From a virus (taxonomy: Duplodnaviria; Caudoviricetes): a DNA stretch of 64,000 nucleotides. Below are positions 15,465 through 25,191 of this stretch, in pieces. The position numbers and the translations under genes were made by a program. The notes beneath the pieces were generated by a model that did not search any database, was not told the DNA's origin, and worked only from the letters and a program-made list of their open reading frames with translations. How positions within the stretch are numbered: the first letter of the stretch is position 1; each line of letters opens with the position of its first letter. The stretch is taken from the IMG/VR virus record IMGVR_UViG_3300028392_002123; one strand, 5' to 3'.

Positions 15465-17795
15465 TTAAAGCTTACATGCTTCGCAGTCGTCATCTTCAAC
15501 TTGATTAAAGTTTAGCATAACCACGTTGCCGCCGTCAACCTGTTCTTCGACAGCTTTACTACCTGCTTTGTTAATCAAACTGTAGTAGAATGTTTTTAGC
15601 CCCCACATGTGTGCCTGCATCAAGTTCTTAGCAATCAGTGTGGTTGGAACTTTACGATCTGGAAAATGTGCTGGATTATAGAATGTATTTGTACTAATTG
15701 ATTGATCAACGTAGGCGGCAAGAACACTGGCAGTTTTTAAATATCCGTCACAATCTCGTTGTTCCCACATTAGCTGATACTTGTTCTTCAACTTATGATA
15801 TTCAGGAACAACTTGTGTGAAGCTACCTGCCTTGCTTTCTTTAGTGCTGATCAAACTCATAGGTAACTCAATTCCATTAGTGCTGTTTATAACAACACTT
15901 GAACTTTCTACCGGGGCAATGGCCATTAATGTCGCATTGCGTACACCGTACTGTTTCATATTAACTCGTAGTGTTTCCCAGTCAAGTTCCGGAGTAAAAT
16001 CTGCAAGTTCATTTACACCATTAGCACGTAGTTCCCACGGGAACGTGCCTTGACCATACCGTGTTTTTTCACTGTGTAAACAAGCACCACGTTCTTTAGC
16101 TAGTTCTACTGTGGCTTCTGTTAGGTAGTATGCCTGATGTTCCATCCAGGATTTAACATCTTGTAGTGCATCTTTCTCTCCGTAACGTAGGCCACGCTTG
16201 GCATGCCAGTAGGCTAGATTAGTAACACCAATACCTAATGGCTGTATCTCGTCATTGCTTAGTTTGCTTTGTATACTTAAAAAATCTTGGTAGTCAAGTA
16301 TGTTGCATAGACTACGCTGTAGAATACGGCAAGCACGGCGCATGTCTTCTGGATTACGGAATGCTCCCCAGTTAATCGAGCCGAGTGTGCAAAGAGCAAT
16401 GCGGCCATCAGCATCGTCAAGACGCTTAAAAGATTTAGTAGGTAATAGTATTTCACAGCATAAGTTACTTTGATAAATTGTATGGTACTCTGGGTCAAAC
16501 GGGCCTTGGTTCATTACGTTGTCAATGAACACTAGATAGATACGTCCTGTATCAGTGCGCTCTTTTAAGATGCCTGACTTGAATACTTCTTCGGCACTCA
16601 TGGTCTTTTTACGAAGGCCTGATTGTTTTTCGTATTTTACATACAGCTCTTCGAATAGGGCTGTGTCTTTATAAAATGCTTCGTACAAGTCAGGCACTTG
16701 GTTAGGGTCGAAGAATGTTATGTTTTCTTTGTTTTTGAATCGTCTCCAGAAAAATGCGGAAAGAACAACCCCATAGTCCATGTGCCTGACACGGGTTTCT
16801 TCTGTTCCTTGATTGTTCTTGAGTACAATAAGGTCGTCAAATTGATGATGCCAGATTGGATAAAAAACAGTAGCTGACGCATTGCGAATACCTCCTTGAG
16901 AACATGAGCGCAGGTCACCAAACCATTTCTTTAAAAATGGTATCATACCTGTGTGCATGATTTCGCCGCCCCTAATGGGACTTCCTAATGGACGTAGTCG
17001 CCCAATTTCTAAACCTATACCAGCACGTTTACTGGCATACTTGGCCATCATTTCACCGCTGGCAAAAATACTGTCAAGATCGTCATCACTACGAATAAGA
17101 ACGCAACTACTAAACTGTTTAGTAGGAGTACCCAAGCCAGCTAATACCGGAGTAGCAAGAGTAAACAAACCATCGCTGGCTGCATTGTAGTATTCCTTGA
17201 TATATTTTATACGAGCTGTGTTTGGCTCCTCTCGGTGAAATACAGTGGCGGCCGACACCATATATCTAACCTGTGGAGTTTCGTAAATTTCTTTTGTACT
17301 GCGATTACGGACCAGATATTTTTCAATTAGCTGTTCAATGGCCGCATAACCATATTGTTCATCTTTTTCATGATCAATGAAGTCTTCCATCTTATCCCAA
17401 TCGGCTTCACTGTACCATTCTAATAATTCTTTTGTATAGAGACCAGTCTCCACATTTTTCTTTACAATATCATAAAGGCGAGGAGGTTCATATTGTCCAT
17501 ATACATCTTTACGCAACATACTCAATCGTTGCTTACCTGCAACATATTGATAGTTAACGTGGCCTACATCTGGATTTTGTTCAACGTCGATAAGGTCAAC
17601 GATAGCACGTAGGGTAATACCGTCAATTTCTTCTGTGCTAATGCCGTCATAAAAATGTAGTTGAGCTTTAATCTCAATCATACTTTGACTAACATCTGCA
17701 ATGCCCTGACATACTTTTGCTACTTGGGCTTGCCATTTTTCGATCATCAATGGTTCAATTGAACCGCTTCTTTTTAATACTGTAATTTGTGTCAT
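15465..17795 (-). CDS. nrdA: Ribonucleotide reductase class Ia alpha subunit
   Basis: N-terminal ATP cone, SSCVL, QSNLCCEI, ALCTL, LKTFYY, C-terminal CEAC; no intein or intron. Confidence 0.96.
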   Translation of the reverse strand: MTQITVLKRSGSIEPLMIEKWQAQVAKVCQGIADVSQSMIEIKAQLHFYDGISTEEIDGITLRAIVDLIDVEQNPDVGHVNYQYVAGKQRLSMLRKDVYGQYEPPRLYDIVKKNVETGLYTKELLEWYSEADWDKMEDFIDHEKDEQYGYAAIEQLIEKYLVRNRSTKEIYETPQVRYMVSAATVFHREEPNTARIKYIKEYYNAASDGLFTLATPVLAGLGTPTKQFSSCVLIRSDDDLDSIFASGEMMAKYASKRAGIGLEIGRLRPLGSPIRGGEIMHTGMIPFLKKWFGDLRSCSQGGIRNASATVFYPIWHHQFDDLIVLKNNQGTEETRVRHMDYGVVLSAFFWRRFKNKENITFFDPNQVPDLYEAFYKDTALFEELYVKYEKQSGLRKKTMSAEEVFKSGILKERTDTGRIYLVFIDNVMNQGPFDPEYHTIYQSNLCCEILLPTKSFKRLDDADGRIALCTLGSINWGAFRNPEDMRRACRILQRSLCNILDYQDFLSIQSKLSNDEIQPLGIGVTNLAYWHAKRGLRYGEKDALQDVKSWMEHQAYYLTEATVELAKERGACLHSEKTRYGQGTFPWELRANGVNELADFTPELDWETLRVNMKQYGVRNATLMAIAPVESSSVVINSTNGIELPMSLISTKESKAGSFTQVVPEYHKLKNKYQLMWEQRDCDGYLKTASVLAAYVDQSISTNTFYNPAHFPDRKVPTTLIAKNLMQAHMWGLKTFYYSLINKAGSKAVEEQVDGGNVVMLNFNQVEDDDCEACKL

Positions 17796-17854
17796 TGTTT
17801 ATTTGCCTTACTTTTTCTATGTGTTCTATTTAACTATCTAGTCAGGCAGTTTTC

Positions 17855-18310
17855 TTATAGTTTAATATGCTTCAATTCTTCACGCTTGACCGTGTTTAAC
17901 AACTCATAATCGGCGTTTTCGGTGTTTACTAAAATTGTCATTGTATAATTTAACATTATACTATCATTGACAACTGTAATCAAGTGTACATCTTGTTCTG
18001 AGCGATTATTTATTAGCCATATCTCGCATTTCAAATCGGGAAATATGCTCCAAATAGTATACGCTTGGCCTAGTGCAATGGCACTACGACAAAAATGACC
18101 TTTGTTAATCATGTCCCATGGAGTAGGCCACGATTCGGGTTTATAGGGATCTATAGTTTTCCTGACCCACGGAGCGTAGGTCCACCAATTTGCAATGGTG
18201 TTTAATGAAGAGTTTATATCTTCAGGAGATTGAAAGGATTTCCTTAATTCTCTCCAAGCTAAAATCTTTTCGGTAGTACTACCATACCAATGAGTTAGAC
18301 TGTGTTCCAA
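17855..18310 (-). CDS. Conserved hypothetical protein
   Basis: ORF track; coupled to the upstream virion gene. Confidence 0.65.
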   Translation of the reverse strand: MEHSLTHWYGSTTEKILAWRELRKSFQSPEDINSSLNTIANWWTYAPWVRKTIDPYKPESWPTPWDMINKGHFCRSAIALGQAYTIWSIFPDLKCEIWLINNRSEQDVHLITVVNDSIMLNYTMTILVNTENADYELLNTVKREELKHIKL

Positions 18311-18972
18311 AGTTCTATGTTATAAAATAAATTTGCTGATCCGACTTCGTTTTTGTAAGTGATAAAAAATCTGCCGTTTTCTATTTGTCCATTAAAATAA
18401 ATGTAATTGTGTGTCGAAACATCTTTTACAAAAATTTCTGTGCCGTTTGTGATAATATATAATTCGCCAATGGCAAAATTATTATCGACTTTATAGCTGT
18501 ATGTTAGCTTGGCAGAGTTGTAAGTTAACAAGTCCCAGCTTATACTAGTTTTAGCAAAGTTAGCACCGGTTGTATTTAAAAGTTCTACTTCTTTTTCTCT
18601 AAAATTTCTTTGTATTTGAATTTCGGAATTATAAGAAACTGTGATAACAGCTTGGTCTGCTGGAGCACGATCGAATACTATACTAGTGCCGTCAATCTGG
18701 AAATAAAAATTACCAGGTCCTGGGCCAGAAGATACTCCATAAATTGATTCAACACCATCTACTAAAATTCTAACTTGCCCTGGAATAATAACTGCGTCTC
18801 TTAATAGAAAAGATCTAGTTACTCCATCGGCGTTAAATGTTGCATTGGCATTGCCAATAAACAAACGATTAACATCTGTGGCATAGCCAAGTTCACCGTT
18901 GTCTAATATAGGTAGGTCATCAAGCTGGCCGCGTCTTACTTGTATCTTGGCAATTACTGTATCTGTAGTCAT
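18295..18972 (-). CDS. Virion structural protein with an Mtd-N/tail-fibre-type N-terminal domain
   Basis: KIQVRRG...L..GELGYATD..RLFIGN; TAAATA 5 nt before ATG. Confidence 0.65.
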   Translation of the reverse strand: MTTDTVIAKIQVRRGQLDDLPILDNGELGYATDVNRLFIGNANATFNADGVTRSFLLRDAVIIPGQVRILVDGVESIYGVSSGPGPGNFYFQIDGTSIVFDRAPADQAVITVSYNSEIQIQRNFREKEVELLNTTGANFAKTSISWDLLTYNSAKLTYSYKVDNNFAIGELYIITNGTEIFVKDVSTHNYIYFNGQIENGRFFITYKNEVGSANLFYNIELWNTV

Positions 18973-18980
18973 ACAAATAT

Positions 18981-19649
18981 TTATCCGTTTTTGTAATATT
19001 GATCAACACGCACAGCCCACTTTTCTGCATAACTATCAAACTCATTACCTTCAATAACAAAGCTTTGAAGTTTAGCATCGCGGTCTACAATATTAACTAC
19101 TGCTTTTTTGATATTTGTATCAAACATTTGATTGTGTGCCAGAGCATAAGCACAACATTGTATAAAGTAATCTTCGATCCATTCTTTCTTTTTAGTTTTT
19201 TTAGTTGTTTTATGGTCAATGATTGCAGGGGTTCCTTTGTGTACGCCCACCATGTCTGTTGTACCGGCATACAGTTCAGGGTAGTACAGGCCTGCTTCAA
19301 TGCCCCATACTTCGTCAATGTCACAGAACGCATCTCTAATCATAGTATCGGCCATAGCTGTGGCCATGATTTGAACTTGATTATTTCCTTTTGGTCTGTC
19401 AATGCCTAGAACATAGTTTTCTAAATGCTTGTGCATCAGTGTGCCAAGTCCTGCGCTTTCAGTACTGATGCGAGTAGCTTCGGCATCGCCTACTCGCTTG
19501 CGCCATTCAATTAAAAATGTTTTATCTTTAGTTTTGTCTAGGATTGTTGTTACACTAGGTACTGCGCCAGAAGGGGTAGAATATAATCTACTGCCGCCGC
19601 GTTCTTCTCTAGTTAATGGTTTGTATTCGAATTTTGAGTTTAATAGCAT
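18981..19649 (-). CDS. PD-(D/E)XK exonuclease (lambda-exo/Cas4-like phage nuclease)
   Basis: PSVTTIL, GTLMH, YAGTTD, IIDHKT, Q..AY motifs. Confidence 0.85.
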   Translation of the reverse strand: MLLNSKFEYKPLTREERGGSRLYSTPSGAVPSVTTILDKTKDKTFLIEWRKRVGDAEATRISTESAGLGTLMHKHLENYVLGIDRPKGNNQVQIMATAMADTMIRDAFCDIDEVWGIEAGLYYPELYAGTTDMVGVHKGTPAIIDHKTTKKTKKKEWIEDYFIQCCAYALAHNQMFDTNIKKAVVNIVDRDAKLQSFVIEGNEFDSYAEKWAVRVDQYYKNG

Positions 19650-19655
19650 GTTACA

Positions 19656-19684
19656 ATTATAACAGGCTTTATAAGATTAATCAA
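19656..19684 (-). promoter_or_regulatory. sigma70 promoter 6 nt before the exonuclease ATG (probably leaderless)
   Basis: TTGATT, 17 bp, TATAAT. Confidence 0.65.
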
Positions 19685-19693
19685 TGTATTTGA

Positions 19694-20041
19694 TTACCAA
19701 AGAACTTGCCACATAAATGTATCGCCGGTCAGCGAATTTGTTTTTCGATCTATTGTATAGCCCAGGTCTGTAAAATATTGAATGACTGCACCCATTTGTG
19801 CATCTTTAGATCTACTGGATGTTATTCCTTGCCAAACTTTAAAATATTCTCTTGAGATAGCCAATGTAGTATTATTTGTTGTGTCAGTCATAGTAGTTCC
19901 AATAACTTCGATTTGATACTGGCCGTTGGCAATTGCTGTTAACACAGCAAACTCTATGTTTCTAACTTCGTTGAATATAATTATATCATTTTGTGCTTTG
20001 GCACGTGCCTGTGTAGCAGTCAACATCACTGATATGGTCAT
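19694..20041 (-). CDS. Hypothetical, probably virion-associated protein
   Basis: Last gene of a late-motif operon. Confidence 0.65.
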   Translation of the reverse strand: MTISVMLTATQARAKAQNDIIIFNEVRNIEFAVLTAIANGQYQIEVIGTTMTDTTNNTTLAISREYFKVWQGITSSRSKDAQMGAVIQYFTDLGYTIDRKTNSLTGDTFMWQVLW

Positions 20042-20355
20042 TGTTTTAATCCTTTAAGTGCTGTGGCCACTGCTGTCTTTGTCATAGCTTGATCTGATTT
20101 TTCTTTATTTTTAACTAACTGCGGTTTTTCAAATTCAATATCTGTGTCTGTGATATTACCTACTAGACCTTTAAAGGACTGTCGATTATTACTTAATACT
20201 GTTCGTATCATATCCACATCAACTTCGCCATTAAATTCATTGGCTAGTTGTTCTAGACTAACAGAATCTGCTCCTTCGGCCTTGGCGCGGACAAGCAGAT
20301 CCCTGATAATATCTAACATTTGTCCGTTAGAAGAAACAAATTCAAACAGTCTCAT
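20038..20355 (-). CDS. Hypothetical, probably head-internal protein
   Basis: MRLFEF N-terminus. Confidence 0.65.
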   Translation of the reverse strand: MRLFEFVSSNGQMLDIIRDLLVRAKAEGADSVSLEQLANEFNGEVDVDMIRTVLSNNRQSFKGLVGNITDTDIEFEKPQLVKNKEKSDQAMTKTAVATALKGLKQ

Positions 20356-21035
20356 TATTTTAGTTCTCTACCAGTTGGTTCTTCTTCTGGGCCCATGCCT
20401 GCATCAGCATTAGCAAAGTCATTGACTTCTGGCTCTAATGATGGTTCCATGCCTGGTTGTTCTCCGCCCATGTCTCCCATACCAGTTGATTCACCGCTTA
20501 GTACACTGATAGCATTACTCAATGCATCTTTGGCAGCTTTAACTTGATCTAATAAAGTGCCAAGTGCGCTGTCAACGCCCTGCGAGAATTGTTCGCCTTG
20601 CTCTTGGCTAAATGTTACTTTGATTTTTTCTTCTAAAGACATTAAATCGTCGGTTTGCATTTCGGCAACATCTTCTGCCATTTTTTGCAATTGGTTAACC
20701 ATATCTTTAGCAACTAAAATTAATTCTGCTTGTGCAAGATCGCTGTCATTTTCGGACTCATTAACTCTACGTCTTGTTCTGCTAGGTGCTATTTCACTTA
20801 ACATTGTACGTAATGCTTCGATGATCATCGAATTCTTTACATAGCTAGGGTTATGTTCGAAGTTAGCAACTTTAGAGCTAAGACTAGAGTTTTCTTCTTG
20901 AAGCTTGGTAATCAAGCCATGTATTTTAACTCTATCTCCGGTAGAAGCTAATTTAATGCCATATTGGCTGTTTAGGAAGCTTTCCACTACCTTTTTCTTT
21001 CTACGGGTTGGGTCAAAAATTTCTGAGGTGTTCAT
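20355..21035 (-). CDS. Coiled-coil acidic protein, possible prohead core/scaffold
   Basis: Helical, acidic C-terminal tail; TAAATA and SD upstream. Confidence 0.6.
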   Translation of the reverse strand: MNTSEIFDPTRRKKKVVESFLNSQYGIKLASTGDRVKIHGLITKLQEENSSLSSKVANFEHNPSYVKNSMIIEALRTMLSEIAPSRTRRRVNESENDSDLAQAELILVAKDMVNQLQKMAEDVAEMQTDDLMSLEEKIKVTFSQEQGEQFSQGVDSALGTLLDQVKAAKDALSNAISVLSGESTGMGDMGGEQPGMEPSLEPEVNDFANADAGMGPEEEPTGRELK

Positions 21036-21057
21036 ATTAAAATTCCTTTAAGTATAT

Positions 21058-21561
21058 TTAGCAATAAAGTTTGAATAATTGCTGTTTAATTTCAGCTAGT
21101 CGATATAGTTTATCGTCAAGTCTATATTGGATTGTTGTTTTTTTATCTATATCAATGTCTTGTTTTATCTTAAGTTTATAGAAATGAATATCGGACAAAC
21201 ATCTAAAATATGCTTGATCTGTACTCTGCAACATTTTAAGCTTGGTTAGATTCGAGTCTCGATTTTTTATTAATAAACTAATAATACTGATTGCTGTTTG
21301 TAATCTGGCCAGGCTTTTGTAAACAATTTCATCAGAATAAGTGTCTACAATATCGTAGTCAGCTTTATCATTGGGTACTAACAACCAGCGTTTATTTACT
21401 AGTAGTCCCATGGGAGTTTCTTCAGCGGAACTTAGAATTCCGTATAAACTTTTTGGTGTCGAATCAGCTACTAAATTAGATAAACTGTTGACTAAATTAG
21501 GCAACTTACCTACGTTGAAGTTGGTAATAGACTTTTTCTTGGGCATCTTGCGCTCTTTCAA
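21058..21561 (-). CDS. Hypothetical protein (start uncertain)
   Basis: ORF track. Confidence 0.6.
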   Translation of the reverse strand: MKERKMPKKKSITNFNVGKLPNLVNSLSNLVADSTPKSLYGILSSAEETPMGLLVNKRWLLVPNDKADYDIVDTYSDEIVYKSLARLQTAISIISLLIKNRDSNLTKLKMLQSTDQAYFRCLSDIHFYKLKIKQDIDIDKKTTIQYRLDDKLYRLAEIKQQLFKLYC

Positions 21562-21718
21562 TTAAACCTCTGCTGGTTAATTCCTCAGCTATATATGCTC
21601 CACGCTCTGTTAAATCATCGTGTTGCAATATATTGTGTTCTTTGATTAGTCTAATTAGATCTAATTGTTCATTGGTAAGTACTGTTTGTAGGCCGTTGGC
21701 CATTTCGGCAAATTTCAT
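21506..21718 (-). CDS. Small hypothetical protein
   Basis: ATGA overlap with the upstream gene; start moved to MKFAEM. Confidence 0.6.
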   Translation of the reverse strand: MKFAEMANGLQTVLTNEQLDLIRLIKEHNILQHDDLTERGAYIAEELTSRGLIERAQDAQEKVYYQLQRR

Positions 21719-22119
21719 TTTATTTTTCTCCATGAATTATTTGCCACTGGACTTACCTTGCCTATGTCTGTGCGTTCTTGACTGCCTTTTTTAGTGACTT
21801 GAATGCTTTTTACGCCCATCAATTTGTCGGCCGCTTTGATTTGATCAAACTCTGCATCGGAATAACTGACCATTCCGATATTTTCTGCCCATACACTTTC
21901 TTGCTCAAAGCCATCATCACTGCCATCTCGTTGTGCGGCCGCGGCGGCTAAAGCTATGCCATATCTCATTTGCATATAAGTGTCGGTATTTCTTAACTCT
22001 GGTTCAATGACTGCACCAGGTATAGATTCATCAGGCGTACCATATCTAACTTGGCCGAAATCTTTAAGATGGCCAGCAAATCCTGTGTATGCCTCATTGA
22101 TGATGTCTTTTATTTTCAT
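21715..22119 (-). CDS. Hypothetical, probably head-internal protein
   Basis: MKIKDIINE N-terminus. Confidence 0.65.
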   Translation of the reverse strand: MKIKDIINEAYTGFAGHLKDFGQVRYGTPDESIPGAVIEPELRNTDTYMQMRYGIALAAAAAQRDGSDDGFEQESVWAENIGMVSYSDAEFDQIKAADKLMGVKSIQVTKKGSQERTDIGKVSPVANNSWRKIK

Positions 22120-22586
22120 CTGTTAGAAATTCTCTGTAATAGACTTTTTATTTGATTGACTTCAGCACCATGCCCGGATTTTTGAGCTGTGTCTAAGTCA
22201 GTTTGTAGTTCTTCATCATTGTCTAAATCACCTGTGTTGCTTTGTTGACCTGTGGTTGTTGGACTTGGTTTTTGTGTGCCAATGGGCGGTGCAGGTTTAA
22301 ACATGCTGGTTGTTTTTGGTGCTGTTGGTACGGTAGAAAATTCATTGGTTATTGATTCTTCTTGAGGTTCTTCTGTACCCTGTGTATCGTTTGCCGTTGA
22401 AGTAAATCGATCATCGTACTTGGATAATATTTGTTTTGCGGCGGCATTGTCGCCTTTGCCCACAAAACTGACAAGATCTAATACCTCACTGAATTTTAAT
22501 TCTTTGGCAATATTAGATATTTCTGCATCACTAAGTGATCCTGTGTCATCTAAAAATTTAATTACACTTGATAAGTTTTTGTCCAT
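22116..22586 (-). CDS. Hypothetical protein with a low-complexity linker
   Basis: ORF track. Confidence 0.65.
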   Translation of the reverse strand: MDKNLSSVIKFLDDTGSLSDAEISNIAKELKFSEVLDLVSFVGKGDNAAAKQILSKYDDRFTSTANDTQGTEEPQEESITNEFSTVPTAPKTTSMFKPAPPIGTQKPSPTTTGQQSNTGDLDNDEELQTDLDTAQKSGHGAEVNQIKSLLQRISNR

Positions 22587-22589
22587 ATA

Positions 22590-22868
22590 CTACCTTGCAT
22601 TTACTGCTTTGTTTAATCTTTGTAATCGTTTACTTAAAGGATTAGTTTTCTTTGTCCTGCGACTTTTTCTTACTATCTTTGCATTGAAACGTTTTCTAAT
22701 TCGTTTCATTAAAAATCTTTTCTTTACGTTAATAGCTTTACTACATGCACCTACATTTGCTACTGTACGTCCTTTTTTTCTGCCGCTGGTGCAACGTATC
22801 ATGCGCTTGAGTTTTTTACCTCTCTTGGCCCATACACGTTTGGCTTCAACAACAATTTCTTCTTCCAT
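22590..22868 (-). CDS. Very basic small protein with an acidic leader (possible DNA-condensing core protein)
   Basis: MEEEIVVE followed by a K/R-rich body. Confidence 0.6.
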   Translation of the reverse strand: MEEEIVVEAKRVWAKRGKKLKRMIRCTSGRKKGRTVANVGACSKAINVKKRFLMKRIRKRFNAKIVRKSRRTKKTNPLSKRLQRLNKAVNAR

Positions 22869-23164
22869 TATCCGTGCTTAGTTAAAATAAAGGCCAATGC
22901 ACTTATTAATGCGGCAATGATCGTACCACTGGCAGCAATCAAAGCTTTGAATCTGATATCTCCGCTATTCTGAATGAGACTTTTAATTTCATTCATGTCT
23001 TCTGCTTGTTTTATTTTGAGGCTAGAAATTTCATCGACGACACGATCTAATCTAGCTTCTAAGACATCAAATTTATCTTCCAATCTCCTATACCTTTCAG
23101 CACATAAAGTGACATGAGTTTCTAAATTATCTTTCTCGATATCGTAAATTGCATTATCTGACAC
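22868..23164 (-). CDS. Coiled-coil protein with a C-terminal transmembrane helix
   Basis: GTG start with AAAGGA SD; heptads then ALIAASGTIIAALISALAFIL. Confidence 0.65.
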   Translation of the reverse strand: MSDNAIYDIEKDNLETHVTLCAERYRRLEDKFDVLEARLDRVVDEISSLKIKQAEDMNEIKSLIQNSGDIRFKALIAASGTIIAALISALAFILTKHG

Positions 23165-23262
23165 GGTGGCTTTCCTTTCAATGTATAAAGCACTTATTAG
23201 TTTATAGTTGCCAAAGTTAGAGCCATAGTGTAAACCAGAATATTAATTATATTTATCAAATA

Positions 23263-23715
23263 TCACAAAGTATCGTTGCGTAAGAAATAAGTATTTTTTT
23301 GATTAGGGGTGCTAGTTTCAAAAACATCAGTGTCAAAAACTGCTGTTTCATCTAAATCAGTGTATGCAGGTAAGCCGTCAATATCTCGAATTAAGTTTGC
23401 TACCGTGATTGTTCCTATACGTTCACTGGCAAATCGTAAAATCCATAAATTATGGTTACCGGTAAAATCTGTTCCGAAATCAAATTCGCTGACATTTACT
23501 GCTGTTAATTTTTCCACACTGGTTAATACCGGTTGGCTACCTAGACTAATAGCCTGCATTAATGCATTTAAGTTTTGTGCTTGCTCATAAAGTTTAGTCG
23601 TTGTAGGATCGTATACACCAGTGTCGGTGATATCGATTAATGTATAGCAGGTAAAGTATTCAATGTCACCGCTGACATTCTCAGCGGTGCGCTGTGTTGC
23701 ATTCATCTTTTGCAT
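23263..23715 (-). CDS. Late hypothetical (virion) protein
   Basis: TAAATA and AGGAG upstream. Confidence 0.7.
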   Translation of the reverse strand: MQKMNATQRTAENVSGDIEYFTCYTLIDITDTGVYDPTTTKLYEQAQNLNALMQAISLGSQPVLTSVEKLTAVNVSEFDFGTDFTGNHNLWILRFASERIGTITVANLIRDIDGLPAYTDLDETAVFDTDVFETSTPNQKNTYFLRNDTL

Positions 23716-23754
23716 AAAATTCTCCTATACTATATTTATAATACGAGAGTATAA

Positions 23755-23787
23755 AAAGAAAAACCGCACATCTTACGATAGTGCGGC
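23755..23787 (-). terminator. Intrinsic terminator after the 83-aa gene
   Basis: CCGCAC-TATCGTAAGAT-GTGCGG followed by TTTTTCTTTTT. Confidence 0.7.
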
Positions 23788-23809
23788 TTCCCATCCCGAA
23801 AAGGTTTAA

Positions 23810-24061
23810 TTAAAACGCTAAGTCGCTAGTAGTAAAACCAGCTAAATCGCCTACGTCTTTACCTTCAATGATCATGTTAACAGTATCGCTGACACCGGCT
23901 GTGAAAGTGCCGATAGCTGTAACTGTAGAAGTCATTTGAATTGCTTGAACTAAAGTATTTAATTCTGCTTGAGTTGCATTTGTCTTAGCAAATGTCTTAA
24001 CGAAAATGTCGCGACCAATTGCTGAGAATGGTTTTGCGTATCCTGATGGTGTTAAAGCCAT
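23810..24061 (-). CDS. 83-aa probably abundant virion protein (decoration-like)
   Basis: Own late motif, AGGAG SD, own terminator, codon bias toward GCT/ACT/TTC. Confidence 0.65.
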   Translation of the reverse strand: MALTPSGYAKPFSAIGRDIFVKTFAKTNATQAELNTLVQAIQMTSTVTAIGTFTAGVSDTVNMIIEGKDVGDLAGFTTSDLAF

Positions 24062-24137
24062 GTTATTTCTCCTAAATATTATTTCGAAAACTTAGTTTTC
24101 TTAAGTTTATTTATCATCTGTAACAATATCTACGCAA

Positions 24138-24896
24138 TTATCGATGGTTACGCGGACCTGTTAAATGATATCCTGCATGGTATCCAGCAATAAGGCCTGC
24201 GGCAGGTAAAGCGCCTGCAACGGCACTGGCAAATGCGCTCTTATAACCTAAATTAGTTAATTCTGCATCAATGCCGCCGCTCATTATATAGCCCTTGGTT
24301 TTACCCATGTCTTCTAAAAACACAGACAATTCACTACGTTTAGCTGTACGCTTATAAAACTGTAGCATTCTAGTTACTAATATTTGTTTTTGCATGGAAT
24401 TTAGGCCTTCCCAATCCTGTGCTAGTCTACGCATACTTTTAAGTTTACTGTCTTTGATTACTAGTTGACGCTCTAATCGTAGTAGCAAGGTTGCGGCGTC
24501 GTCTCTTCTAAGCTGATGATCTCCCAACAATTCTAAATAGCGTTTAATTGTAGGTAAATTGAATCGTAGTTTGCTGGCTAATATTTCGTCGGCATCTGGG
24601 TTTTGCCCAATGCTTTGCCCAAAGTATCCTTTGGGGTCTGCTAGTATGTTAAGGCTAACATATAGATCAGTGCCGCTGAGTCTAGGTCTTGTAAAGTTTC
24701 TATAACTTATTGTTTTTTCTGCATAATTAGCACTAACAGGTGCTGTTTCATATTCATGACTTAATATATACAAACTCAGCATGTCCACAAATGCAAAATC
24801 TGCAACCTTGCGTAGATCCAAAGATCTACGTCCGGCTGTACTTCTATACTGTCTGCTTTCTATTAGTAGATCGCTTTGTTCAAAATCATCTAGCAT
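24138..24896 (-). CDS. Conserved late hypothetical protein
   Basis: Start moved to MLDDFEQ, which overlaps the upstream stop. Confidence 0.7.
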   Translation of the reverse strand: MLDDFEQSDLLIESRQYRSTAGRRSLDLRKVADFAFVDMLSLYILSHEYETAPVSANYAEKTISYRNFTRPRLSGTDLYVSLNILADPKGYFGQSIGQNPDADEILASKLRFNLPTIKRYLELLGDHQLRRDDAATLLLRLERQLVIKDSKLKSMRRLAQDWEGLNSMQKQILVTRMLQFYKRTAKRSELSVFLEDMGKTKGYIMSGGIDAELTNLGYKSAFASAVAGALPAAGLIAGYHAGYHLTGPRNHR

Positions 24897-25137
24897 TTTT
24901 GGCTTCCTTAATTTGTTTAATACCGCGTCTAAATTTAGAATCATCGCCTGTTTTTAAACTGTTAAACAAACGTTTCAAGAGATCGTCACTTTCTTCTACA
25001 GTGAAGTTTTCTCTAATATATTCCACCAAATATTTGGTACCAGCAATAATGTTGATTGCCTTGTTTTCAATAAAATGCTCTTTGTCCTTGGACGGGACAA
25101 TGCTATTGATTTCTTCTAATAGAGATTTATAAGCCAT
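24886..25137 (-). CDS. Small helical hypothetical protein
   Basis: TAAATA and AAGGA upstream. Confidence 0.7.
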   Translation of the reverse strand: MAYKSLLEEINSIVPSKDKEHFIENKAINIIAGTKYLVEYIRENFTVEESDDLLKRLFNSLKTGDDSKFRRGIKQIKEAKNAR

Positions 25138-25152
25138 GTATTTTCCTTAAAA

Positions 25153-25172
25153 TTATTTATCCGGATAAATAA
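25153..25172. promoter_or_regulatory. Perfect 20-bp palindrome forming back-to-back divergent late motifs
   Basis: TTATTTATCCGGATAAATAA between divergent genes. Confidence 0.75.
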
Positions 25173-25191
25173 ATTAACGAGGAGCCAATTA

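Noticed and set aside
18981-19649. Cas4 as evidence of a CRISPR system
   Set aside because: It is a stand-alone phage PD-(D/E)XK exonuclease without the Fe-S cysteine set, array or cas operon
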